Below, piece after piece: positions 10,339 to 18,883 of a DNA stretch of 64,000 nucleotides (within the stretch, counting starts at the first letter, position 1; each line of letters begins with the position of its first letter). The notes under the pieces are model-generated. The model had not been told where the DNA came from and made no database searches. It saw only the letters and a program-made list of their open reading frames with translations. Both the position numbers and the translations under genes were made by a program. This DNA is from Candidatus Omnitrophota bacterium (GTDB lineage Bacteria; Omnitrophota; Gorgyraeia; JAFGHF01): positions 4,628 through 68,627 of the forward strand of contig JBHPFV010000005.1 in NCBI GenBank assembly GCA_042571705.1. Direction: 5' to 3'.

Positions 10339-10680
10339 ATGCTCGGAATAGATATAATCAATATCGCGCGGATTAAAAGCATGTACCAGAAACACGGCCT
10401 GGCTTTCGTGGAGAAAATCCTGGATCAGCGGGAGATCAGCGATCTGCCTCTTAAGAAAAACAGCTATTTTTTTAAAAAGCTATGTTGTTATATTGCCTCT
10501 AAAGAGGCGATTTTTAAGGCCTGCTCAGAATATAAGCTAGAATGGAAGGAAATTTCCATCAGGGACATCTCCGCTGCCCCGAAAATTCAGATCAGCCGGC
10601 CAAATTTTAAAAAAAAGATCAAGCTGACATTTAGCGTTAGAAAGGACTTGGTCCTCTCGCAAGCCATAGTTACTGAATAA
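10339..10680 (+). CDS. acpS: Holo-ACP synthase (4'-phosphopantetheinyl transferase)
   Basis: GIDIINIARI N-terminus and the ASKEAIFKA motif. The size (~113 aa) is typical of AcpS. Confidence 0.85.
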   Translation: MLGIDIINIARIKSMYQKHGLAFVEKILDQREISDLPLKKNSYFFKKLCCYIASKEAIFKACSEYKLEWKEISIRDISAAPKIQISRPNFKKKIKLTFSVRKDLVLSQAIVTE

Positions 10681-11225
10681 TGAACATCGGACAAAAAATA
10701 AAAAATCTGCGGATTAGCCAGGACCTGACTCTCAAGGTGTTAGCCGGGAAGGCCGGGGTCACGATCAGCTTTCTCTCCCAATTAGAAAGAGGGTTGACCT
10801 CTCCTTCAATCAGTTCTTTGGAAAAGATTGCCCAGGCCCTGAATTTACAGGTAGTTAATTTCTTCCAGGATCAGGAAATCAAGGAGATAGTTTTCGTCAG
10901 AAAGGGCGCCGGGCGGAAAGTTAAATATAAAATGCGCCAGATTTTGGTTGAGGCCCTGGCTTCGGGGTTTTCCGACGTCAATATGCAGTCACAACTTTTT
11001 ACGCTGGGCGCGGGGGCCAACCTGACCAAAGATTTTATTCCCGCTTACGGAGAGAAGTTCGCCACGGTCATAAAAGGCAGCGCAAAATTATTTTTTGACG
11101 ATAAGGAGTTTGCCTTTAAGCAGGGTGACAGTATATATTACACCGCCACGCAGGCGCAGTGTAAGATAGTCAACATCGGAAGTGCTAAAGCCGAAATCCT
11201 TTTGATCTCTTTTGTGCGCGATTAG
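10680..11225 (+). CDS. XRE-family HTH + cupin domain transcriptional regulator
   Basis: N-terminal HTH_XRE (IKNLRISQDLTLKVLAGKAGVTISFLSQLERG). C-terminal cupin-like beta region. The start overlaps the acpS stop by 1 nt. Confidence 0.8.
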   Translation: MNIGQKIKNLRISQDLTLKVLAGKAGVTISFLSQLERGLTSPSISSLEKIAQALNLQVVNFFQDQEIKEIVFVRKGAGRKVKYKMRQILVEALASGFSDVNMQSQLFTLGAGANLTKDFIPAYGEKFATVIKGSAKLFFDDKEFAFKQGDSIYYTATQAQCKIVNIGSAKAEILLISFVRD

Positions 11226-11250
11226 CCAAAAAAGCCGGTTTGAACAAGGC

Positions 11251-11637
11251 ATGGGCATGGGCAAAAAAATATCGGAAAAGAGAAGGCAAAGCCGCCTGAA
11301 CGACAACGTTTTTCTTTCTTATCGGGTGCAGAAAAAACTGTTAGGAGAATTCAAGGCGGTGACGCGGAATATCAGCTCCGCTGGCTTGATGTTTGAGGCC
11401 GAAAAAGACTTTTATCCTGATCAGGACCTGACGCTGGAGATTTACCAGCCGGTTAATCGATTTAAGACATTAATTTATGTTATCCCGGCTACGGCCAGGG
11501 TAGTTTGGACAAATAAGATTAGACAGGGCTTTTTTGAATTAGGAGAAAATAGATACAGGATGGGGGTGGAATTTACTAAGATTAGCCCCCAGGATAAGGC
11601 AGTGATTATGCGTTATGTCCAAGAGCAAGGCGATTAA
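11251..11637 (+). CDS. PilZ domain protein (c-di-GMP receptor type)
   Basis: RxxxR (RRQSR) and N-x-S-x-x-G (NISSAG) PilZ motifs. The ORF opens at 11212, but Met 11251 lies past the upstream stop. Confidence 0.75.
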   Translation: MGMGKKISEKRRQSRLNDNVFLSYRVQKKLLGEFKAVTRNISSAGLMFEAEKDFYPDQDLTLEIYQPVNRFKTLIYVIPATARVVWTNKIRQGFFELGENRYRMGVEFTKISPQDKAVIMRYVQEQGD

Positions 11638-11677
11638 AGGATTTTTTTTGTTCGCTAATTTAAGCTACACTTAAATA

Positions 11678-11706
11678 TTTACAGTATAGCTTAAAAATGA
11701 TAGAAT
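11678..11706 (+). promoter_or_regulatory. Candidate sigma-70 promoter (TTTACA-17-TAGAAT) immediately upstream of the KS-like gene
   Basis: -35 tttaca at 11678-11683, 17-nt spacer, -10 tagaat at 11701-11706. The ATG lies only 6 nt downstream and has no Shine-Dalgarno. Confidence 0.4.
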
Positions 11707-11712
11707 ATAGAC

Positions 11713-12939
11713 ATGTGCGCTAAGGAAAATGTGATTTCAAGTATAGGCATTGTTGCCGCCAGCGGGGTCGGCAAAGAAGAGTTTTGGTCTGGCCTGGAAA
11801 GAGGCGAGGATTATCTGGCTGAGCTTAATTTAATCCCCGATGCAGATTTTCCGGTCAAAATGGCGGCCGAGGTCAAGGAGTTAGACGCCAAAGGCTTTTT
11901 AGGGCCCAAGGGGTTGCGTAATTTAGACCGCAGCGCGCTGTTTTTACTCATCGCCGCGCAGCAAGCCATTCAGGAGGCCGGATTGCAGATTGACCAGAAT
12001 AACTGCGAAAACATCGGGGTCTGCACAGGGACGACCTTTAGCCACTTATGGTCAATTTTCGCGTTTGATCAGGAGGTATCTGATCAGGGTGTAGAGCTAG
12101 CTAATCCGGCCCTTTTTCCTTCTAACGTAATGAATGCCGCCTCCTCTCATGTTTCTATACGCTACAATATACAGGGGTTCAATGCCACAATCAGCACCGG
12201 ATGCGCCTCAAGTATTGCCGCCCTGGACTATAGCGTTAATGCCTTAGAGACTAAAAGAGCCGAAGTTGCTTTGGCCGGCGCGGTAGAAACCTTAAATTTA
12301 CCCTTGCTATTGGGTTTTCATAAATTGGGATACATGGCCGGCCTAAAAGGCCAGCTGCTCAATTGCCCCTTTGATCGCCGCAGGAACGGTCCTGTTTTCG
12401 GGGAAGCGGCAGTGATGTTTTGCGTAGAGGACTCACGCCGGGCCCAGGAAAGAAATGTCCGGCCTTTGGCTAGAATACGCAGCGTAATTAATATTATGAA
12501 TCCTTTCGGTCAAGGCCTGGAGCAGGCGATTAAGCGCGCGCTGGATCAAGCCGGGGTGGGGCTGGATGATATCGACTATATTTCCAGCTGCGCTAATTCT
12601 TCGCAAGATTTAGATAAAACAGAGGTCGCGGCCTTAAAAGGTATCTTTGGCAACAAGCTAAAAAAAATACCTGTCAGTTCGATAAAATCAATGCTGGGGG
12701 AGACCTTATCCGCTTCGGCCGGTCTGCAAGTCGCTTCTTGCATCGGGGCGATGGAAAGGGGGATTATTCCTCCGACCATAAATTACCGGGAAGAGGATCC
12801 GGAATGTTTGATTGACTGCGTGCCGAATAAAGCCCAAAAAAAAGAAGTGGATTTAGCGTTAGTTATCGCTTCTGGGCTGGGAGGGTATAGCAGCGCCTGT
12901 ATTTTAGAAAAATACTCAGAGCAAAAAAAAGAGAGATGA
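11713..12939 (+). CDS. Beta-ketoacyl synthase-like protein with non-canonical catalytic residues (Cys present, both His replaced)
   Basis: KS fold with the active-site context TGCASSIAALDY. The position of the first catalytic His reads ISSCANSS. The second reads SIKSMLGETLSA (Glu). Confidence 0.8.
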   Translation: MCAKENVISSIGIVAASGVGKEEFWSGLERGEDYLAELNLIPDADFPVKMAAEVKELDAKGFLGPKGLRNLDRSALFLLIAAQQAIQEAGLQIDQNNCENIGVCTGTTFSHLWSIFAFDQEVSDQGVELANPALFPSNVMNAASSHVSIRYNIQGFNATISTGCASSIAALDYSVNALETKRAEVALAGAVETLNLPLLLGFHKLGYMAGLKGQLLNCPFDRRRNGPVFGEAAVMFCVEDSRRAQERNVRPLARIRSVINIMNPFGQGLEQAIKRALDQAGVGLDDIDYISSCANSSQDLDKTEVAALKGIFGNKLKKIPVSSIKSMLGETLSASAGLQVASCIGAMERGIIPPTINYREEDPECLIDCVPNKAQKKEVDLALVIASGLGGYSSACILEKYSEQKKER

Positions 12940-13691
12940 GCGAAACCGCAGAGTTTAAACAGCAGACTGTAATCATTACCGGAGGCTCATCCGGTATCGG
13001 CCGGGCCTTGTGCCTGGCCTTTGCCAAGCTGGGGGCCAATATAGTTTTTACATTTAACAAGAGCAAGGACAAGGCGCGGGAATTAAAACAAATAATCGCG
13101 GATCTTGGTGTCCCTTGTCTGGTTGTGCCCACGGAGATTAAAGACTATGGACAATGCCGCGAAGTCATCGAACAGGCGATAGCTCAATTTTCCAAAATCG
13201 ATATTTTAATCAATAACGCCGGGATAGTCAGGGACCGGGCCTTAATGATGATGCTGCAGGAAGACTGGCAAGAGGTGATCGATACAAATTTAGGCGGCGT
13301 ATTTAACATGAGCCGGGCGGCCATTACCACCTTTTTAAAGCAGCGCCAGGGATGTATTATCAATATCAGCTCAGTCAGCGGATTAATCGGCCTGCCTCGC
13401 CAGACCAATTACAGCGCGGCTAAGGCCGGGATCATTGGTTTTTCTAAAGCGCTGGCTAAGGAAGTCGCGGCTTATAATATCCGGGTCAATGTAGTCTGTC
13501 CGGGATATATCAAAACAAATATGGTTAGTTCGCTAAAAAAAGAATTACTCGATTCTCTGATTAATGCCATTCCTTTTAAACGTCTGGGAGATCCTGAGGA
13601 AGTGGCTGAGTTGTGCGTATATTTAAGCTCAACTCGAGCACGTTATATTACCGGGGAGGTGGTCAAGATAGATGGCGGATTAGCAATTTAA
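12936..13691 (+). CDS. 3-oxoacyl-ACP reductase (SDR, FabG-like)
   Basis: TGGSSGIGRA cofactor motif, NNAG, and the YSAAK catalytic motif. ATGA overlap with the upstream gene. Confidence 0.9.
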   Translation: MSETAEFKQQTVIITGGSSGIGRALCLAFAKLGANIVFTFNKSKDKARELKQIIADLGVPCLVVPTEIKDYGQCREVIEQAIAQFSKIDILINNAGIVRDRALMMMLQEDWQEVIDTNLGGVFNMSRAAITTFLKQRQGCIINISSVSGLIGLPRQTNYSAAKAGIIGFSKALAKEVAAYNIRVNVVCPGYIKTNMVSSLKKELLDSLINAIPFKRLGDPEEVAELCVYLSSTRARYITGEVVKIDGGLAI

Positions 13692-13712
13692 CTAAAGGTA
13701 AAGGAGGTCAAG

Positions 13713-13967
13713 ATGCCCAAACAATGCTTTGAGGAGATGGAGCAGGAAGTAAGAAAGATACTGGCCCAGGTTGCTGAGACTTCCGAGGAGGAAATTAGCG
13801 ATGACGCCGACCTGGCAAATGATTTAGGCGTCGACAGCATGATGGCGCTGGAGATTGTGGTGATGCTGGAAAAAAAATATAAGATTAAGATTCCGGAACA
13901 GCGAATACCGACCATTCGCTCGTTTCGTAATGTGCTGGAATTGCTGGAAGAACTACTGGAGCAATAA
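13713..13967 (+). CDS. Acyl carrier protein
   Basis: 84 aa, acidic, with the phosphopantetheine attachment context LGVDSMMALE. Preceded by an AGGAGG RBS. Confidence 0.85.
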   Translation: MPKQCFEEMEQEVRKILAQVAETSEEEISDDADLANDLGVDSMMALEIVVMLEKKYKIKIPEQRIPTIRSFRNVLELLEELLEQ

Positions 13968-13971
13968 TTAA

Positions 13972-14421
13972 ATGCAAAGTTTTGTAGATATGAATTGGCT
14001 AAGAGAAGTCTTGCCGCAAAAGTATCCCTTTTTCTTTATTGACCGGATATTAAGCGCCGACATCAAAGCCGGCCGCGTTGTTTGTTTGAAGAATATGACT
14101 ATCGATGAGTATTTTTTTAGAGGGCATTTTCCTGACCATCCGGTTGTGCCGGGGGCATTTATTATCGAGACCTTAGCCCAGGCCAGCATTGTATTATACG
14201 CGCTCTGCAAACCAAATTTGGCCCGGAAAAAGCCGGATTACTATTTAGGCAAAGTGGAAACTAAATTTCTCAGGCCGGTAAAACCGGGAGACCAGTTGAT
14301 TCTGGAGGTACGCAGCTTAAGGCTTTTGGATACAGCCGGGCTGGTCAGCGCCAAGGCCTTAGTAGATAATCAGCTTGCGGCCAGCGCCAAAATATCCTTT
14401 GGAGTTAAGCTAAAACAGTGA
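13972..14421 (+). CDS. 3-hydroxyacyl-ACP dehydratase (FabZ-like hot-dog fold)
   Basis: HFPDHPVVPGAFIIETLAQ catalytic His motif typical of FabZ. Confidence 0.85.
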   Translation: MQSFVDMNWLREVLPQKYPFFFIDRILSADIKAGRVVCLKNMTIDEYFFRGHFPDHPVVPGAFIIETLAQASIVLYALCKPNLARKKPDYYLGKVETKFLRPVKPGDQLILEVRSLRLLDTAGLVSAKALVDNQLAASAKISFGVKLKQ

Positions 14422-15614
14422 AAAATACTGTAGCGGTGATAGGTTTAGGAGTAGTTTCGGCGTTGGGTATCGGAATAGATAATTTTTGGCGCAACTTAAT
14501 TGCCGGCGAATCAGGCATCAGCAAAATTGATGCCTTTGACACCAGTAAGTATAGCCGGGAGTATGCCGGCGAAATAAAAAGATTCGACCCTGATCAGTTC
14601 ATGCCCGCGAAAACAAGCCGATTGTTAGGCCGGGCCGCGCAATTCGCGATCGCGGCCACAAAATTAGCGCTTGAGGATGCCTGTATCAGAACAGCAGAAT
14701 TAAAGAGCAGGAAAGTAGCCGTTATATTAGGAACAACTCTTCCGGAAGGTAATGCCCTGGATCACGTGTCCCGGCTATTGGTCCAGAAAGAAATAAGCAA
14801 GTTGTCCCCTAGAGACTTGCTCAGTATTTTCCCGCCGTCTATCCCGATGAATGTCAGCGCTCATTTAGGCATTGAATCGACCAACTTTTTAATCCCTTGC
14901 GCTTGCGCGGCGGGAAATTACGCTATTGGCTATGGGTTTGATTTATTACAGAGCGGGGCTGTTGATTTAGCGATAGTCGGGGGAGCCGAGGCCATTTCCC
15001 GGCTTACTTTCCAGGGATTTCATCGCTTAGCGGCCATGGCTCCGGAGAAATGTGCCCCTTTTGACCGGCATAGAAAGGGGATGCTGGTCGGAGAAGGAGC
15101 GGGCATATTAATCCTGGAACGCTCAGCTACCAAAAACTCATCGGCCTATGCCCAAATTTTAGGCTATGGACTTTCCTGCGACGCGCACCATATAGCCATT
15201 CCTAAGAAAGAAGGCCTGAAGAAGGCAATCACCAAGGCCTTGGGCAATGCCAAGATAACCGCAGGAGATCTAGATTATATTAATGCCCACGGTACCGGAA
15301 CGCTGGCGAACGATAAAACAGAATCCGCCGTCATAAAAGAACTATTTTCCGCCAGGCCTAAAAAGATACCGGTCAGTTCAATAAAATCAATGCTCGGACA
15401 TTGTATGGGCGCGGCCTCGAGCATCGAGGCGATTGCCTGCTGTATGGCGCTTAAAGAGCAGCTCATCCCGCCGACGATAAATTTTACCACTGCCGATCCA
15501 GAATGCGACATTGACTGCGTGCCCAACAAGGCGCGGCGGATCAAGCTAAAGACTGTTTTAAATAATAGCTTTGCCTTTGGAGGTAATAACTGTTGTGTTG
15601 TCTTCGCTAACTAG
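14418..15614 (+). CDS. Beta-ketoacyl-ACP synthase II-like (canonical Cys-His-His)
   Basis: Active-site Cys (PCACAAGNYA), INAHGTGT and SIKSMLGHCMGAAS motifs. The GTG start overlaps the upstream stop (GTGA). Confidence 0.9.
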   Translation: MKNTVAVIGLGVVSALGIGIDNFWRNLIAGESGISKIDAFDTSKYSREYAGEIKRFDPDQFMPAKTSRLLGRAAQFAIAATKLALEDACIRTAELKSRKVAVILGTTLPEGNALDHVSRLLVQKEISKLSPRDLLSIFPPSIPMNVSAHLGIESTNFLIPCACAAGNYAIGYGFDLLQSGAVDLAIVGGAEAISRLTFQGFHRLAAMAPEKCAPFDRHRKGMLVGEGAGILILERSATKNSSAYAQILGYGLSCDAHHIAIPKKEGLKKAITKALGNAKITAGDLDYINAHGTGTLANDKTESAVIKELFSARPKKIPVSSIKSMLGHCMGAASSIEAIACCMALKEQLIPPTINFTTADPECDIDCVPNKARRIKLKTVLNNSFAFGGNNCCVVFAN

Positions 15615-16698
15615 ATGTAAACGCTGCGGTTTACCAGAGACTTATCCGGGAATAAAATTTAACCGGGAGGGCAATTGCAATTATTGCGTTTATCATGATC
15701 TGTCCAAGGAACGCGAGCGGATAATTAAGTCAGAGCTAAAGGGTCAATTCAGGAAACTGATCAAAAAAATAAAACGCCAAAATCACAAATATGATTGTAT
15801 CGTGGCCTATAGCGGCGGAAAAGACAGCACCTTTCTTTTGCAGTTCCTGAAAAATGAGTTTGGCTTAAAGATCCTGGCCCACACCTTAGATAATGGATTT
15901 ATTTCCCGGGCTGCGTTAAAAAATATCAAGAGCATCACCAGCGTGTTGAACATCGATTATAAAATAACCAGGCCGCAATGGGGCGTATTAAAAAAGGTTT
16001 TCACTCAGGCCTTACTGAATAAATTTCCTTACCCAAAAGAAATTCTGGCCTTAGCCAGTCCGGTCTGCGCGGTATGTATCGGCATGGTGTTTGGCTCAAC
16101 GATAAATTTGGCCATGGAGTCAAAGATACCGCTGATGTTTATCGGCTTTACCCCGGGCCAGTACCCGACGATTAGCTTAGAGAACTTTCTCAAAGTGCAA
16201 TCCTGCATGTTCCTTTCCGATAAAGTCTATCGAGACGATCCGCTGGATATATTAAAAGTCCTGGCCGATCCGGTCAAAGAGCAATTTGGGCATCAGGTAG
16301 AGAAATATTACTTTAGCAGCCAGTATTTCTCAACAGGCCTGCCGGTGCCAAAAGTCCTTTTTCCTTTCCATGTTATTGTTGATTATGACGAAAAACAGAT
16401 CCTGCGGGAGATCGCGAAAATCGGCTGGGTCAAGCCCAAAGATACGGATAGTTGTTCCACGAATTGCTTGCTGAATACCGCCGGTAACTATGCCTGCGTC
16501 AAGCAACTGCGCTATCATCCGTATATTGGGGAATTAGCTCATTCAGTCCGGGAAGGTAAGATCAGCCGCCGCCAGGCCCTGGAAACGGCCAGGACCAAAA
16601 CAGATTCCTACGCGCTGAAGCGCTCATTGCGGGCGTTAGGGCTAAGTAAAAATGAGATTATTAGGCAAAATGAAAAATATCCCAAAAGAAAAAAATAA
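15571..16698 (+). CDS. PP-loop ATP pyrophosphatase, N-acetyl-sugar-amidotransferase-like
   Basis: N-terminal Zn-ribbon-like CKRCGLPETYPGIKFNREGNCNYC, then the PP-loop AYSGGKDS. The true start is probably GTG/TTG near 15595. Confidence 0.65.
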   Translation: MPLEVITVVLSSLTRCKRCGLPETYPGIKFNREGNCNYCVYHDLSKERERIIKSELKGQFRKLIKKIKRQNHKYDCIVAYSGGKDSTFLLQFLKNEFGLKILAHTLDNGFISRAALKNIKSITSVLNIDYKITRPQWGVLKKVFTQALLNKFPYPKEILALASPVCAVCIGMVFGSTINLAMESKIPLMFIGFTPGQYPTISLENFLKVQSCMFLSDKVYRDDPLDILKVLADPVKEQFGHQVEKYYFSSQYFSTGLPVPKVLFPFHVIVDYDEKQILREIAKIGWVKPKDTDSCSTNCLLNTAGNYACVKQLRYHPYIGELAHSVREGKISRRQALETARTKTDSYALKRSLRALGLSKNEIIRQNEKYPKRKK

Positions 16699-18286
16699 TG
16701 CCCCGGGAGCGGACTTAAATAGTTTTGAGCTCACCGTGCGAATCAGCGGGACTTTATTGGGTCAGCTCAACACCAGGCAGATTTTTCTCTCGCCTTATTC
16801 TCTGATCGCGCCGATGGCCCAAATTCTCGGCTTAAATACACCGGCGATGGGCAGCGGCAATTCACCGTATTCGATTACCTCCTTTATTTTTGACTGGCAG
16901 GATCAGGCCGAGTTGCTCAGGCAGGCCTTTAACATACCATTAAGCGAAAAAAGAAAGATTATCGACGAATTCTATGAAATGATCGCCCCGGTTTTATTGA
17001 GTCAGGAGCAGGAATACATCGAGCTCTTAGTCAACACCAAATATAAACGGGCATTAAGCGGTTCGGCAAAACAGACTCGGAGAATCAAGCAAATACTGAG
17101 GAAAAAATTTTCCATTTTTTCAGCTTTGATCAATCGGTATAGCTACAAAAAAGGGGATTATGGTTACATCGTCCATTACGGCTACCCCGAAGATTTATAT
17201 AGAGAACATGATTTTTTGCAAAAGTTGCCCCGGGCCCGGGCCCAACAATGGCGCGCTGGTTCATTTCCCATAGTCAACGAGATGGTGTTTAATAATTTTC
17301 CCGGTTCGGGCTTAAAGTCGAAGACTAAGGTCCAGGGCTGGGTAATCTTTATCGCTAACTATACAAAAGAGTTGTTGGAGGATAGCAGTTTAAGGAAAAA
17401 CAAGATTTTGCAGGCCGCCCGATTGGCCGAAAAATTAGGCGCCAAAATCGTCGGGATGGGCGGGTTAGTGGCCTCATTTGCCCAAGGCGGCCAGTGGCTA
17501 TCCAGGCAGTTAAAAGACGTTGGTTTTAGCACTGGCCACGCCTATACAATAGGGAATATTCTGGAAATGATCGACAACACTGTTGAAAAGGTGGGCCTTG
17601 AAATAAATGAGGCGACTATTGCCGTGCTTGGGGCCGCAGGTTCTATTGGCTCAGGATGCGTCAAGTTATTAGCCCCCAGGAAGCCAAAAAGCGTGATTTT
17701 GATCGATTTAAACAGTTTTAACGCCCAGCAAAACTTAGAGCTGCTCAATCGGACAATTAAACAAAAAAGTCCGGATACACGGGTGAAATTCTCCGCTAAA
17801 CTCAGCGATATGCGTACTGCGGATATAGTGATTGTGGCCACAAATTCACCAACTTCGCTGATCGCCGCGGAACACTTAAAGCCCGGGGCGATCTTGATTG
17901 ACGACTCCTTTCCGAAAAATGCTTCTCAAGAACTGCTGAGCCAACGCGATGATATCATTCTATTAGAAGGCGGGATCATGCAGCTACCGAAAGGGCTGGA
18001 TATCTTTTTTGCCAGAAATATGCCTGATTTAATGGATGCCCCCTTAACCCGGGTCATTAGCTGTAAACAGACCTACGGTTGTTTCGCGGAAATTCTAGTC
18101 TTGGCCTTGTTTGGTCATCGCGGCAACTATGGCTTAGGCTATTCCGACCCTGAATTAGCGGAAAAAATAATATCAAGATCCAGGGAAGCCGGTTTTTCGC
18201 TGGCGCCGGCGCAGTGCTTTGATCGGGCGGTTGAGGAAAAAAGATTCAGGCGGATCAGCCGGATAGTCAAACAAAGGCAACGCTGA
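16652..18286 (+). CDS. Long-chain acyl-ACP reductase (cyanobacterial AAR / COG5322-type) homologue with ~200-aa N-terminal extension
   Basis: The C-terminal ~340 aa are colinear with AAR as I recall it: GMGGLVAS, ATIAVLGAAGSIGSG (Rossmann), AILIDDSFPKN, and TYGCFAEILVLALFG (position of the catalytic Cys). The start is uncertain (16652 or 16670). Confidence 0.65.
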   Translation: MRLLGKMKNIPKEKNNAPGADLNSFELTVRISGTLLGQLNTRQIFLSPYSLIAPMAQILGLNTPAMGSGNSPYSITSFIFDWQDQAELLRQAFNIPLSEKRKIIDEFYEMIAPVLLSQEQEYIELLVNTKYKRALSGSAKQTRRIKQILRKKFSIFSALINRYSYKKGDYGYIVHYGYPEDLYREHDFLQKLPRARAQQWRAGSFPIVNEMVFNNFPGSGLKSKTKVQGWVIFIANYTKELLEDSSLRKNKILQAARLAEKLGAKIVGMGGLVASFAQGGQWLSRQLKDVGFSTGHAYTIGNILEMIDNTVEKVGLEINEATIAVLGAAGSIGSGCVKLLAPRKPKSVILIDLNSFNAQQNLELLNRTIKQKSPDTRVKFSAKLSDMRTADIVIVATNSPTSLIAAEHLKPGAILIDDSFPKNASQELLSQRDDIILLEGGIMQLPKGLDIFFARNMPDLMDAPLTRVISCKQTYGCFAEILVLALFGHRGNYGLGYSDPELAEKIISRSREAGFSLAPAQCFDRAVEEKRFRRISRIVKQRQR

Positions 18287-18882
18287 TGATGGATGTCTTA
18301 GAACTAATCAAATCCAGGCGGACTATACGCAGATATCAGGATAAACCGGTTCCCCAGGTAATGGTCAAAAAAATTATTGAAGCCGGGATTTGGGGCCCGT
18401 CTTTGTTGGCCCCGGGTTTCCAGCCCTGGGTATTCATTCCGCTGGTGGATCAGGCGTTGATCAAAAGAATTAGCGGTATTATGCTGGAGCGGTCAAAAAG
18501 CGCCGGGGTCCTGGGCAGAAGGATTTTGACTTTGAGCGCGGAGACAATAGCCAACGCCAAAACAGTAATCGCGGTTTACAATTGTTCCTGCCTGGCTAAA
18601 TTTACGGAAAAAATTACAAAACCGTATGTAAAATACGCTAAGGCCGCTGAACTATCCGCGATATCCGCCGCTATTCAAAATATGGTGCTGACCGCGGAAA
18701 GTTTCGGAATAGGCTCCAGCTGGCACGACACACCGCTGTTTTGCGAAAAAGGCATTAACCAATTACTTAATACAGACAATAAGTTAGTCGCGGTTTTAAC
18801 TTTTGGCTATCCTGCCGAAACCGGCCAGCGCGCTCGCCGTAAACCGCTGGCTGAAGCAGTGCATTATCAGAAATTTGCCTAA
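18286..18882 (+). CDS. Nitroreductase-family (FMN) oxidoreductase
   Basis: RRTIRRYQDKPV N-terminal signature with typical size and topology. The ATG overlaps the upstream TGA by 1 nt. Confidence 0.75.
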   Translation: MMDVLELIKSRRTIRRYQDKPVPQVMVKKIIEAGIWGPSLLAPGFQPWVFIPLVDQALIKRISGIMLERSKSAGVLGRRILTLSAETIANAKTVIAVYNCSCLAKFTEKITKPYVKYAKAAELSAISAAIQNMVLTAESFGIGSSWHDTPLFCEKGINQLLNTDNKLVAVLTFGYPAETGQRARRKPLAEAVHYQKFA

Positions 18883-18883
18883 G

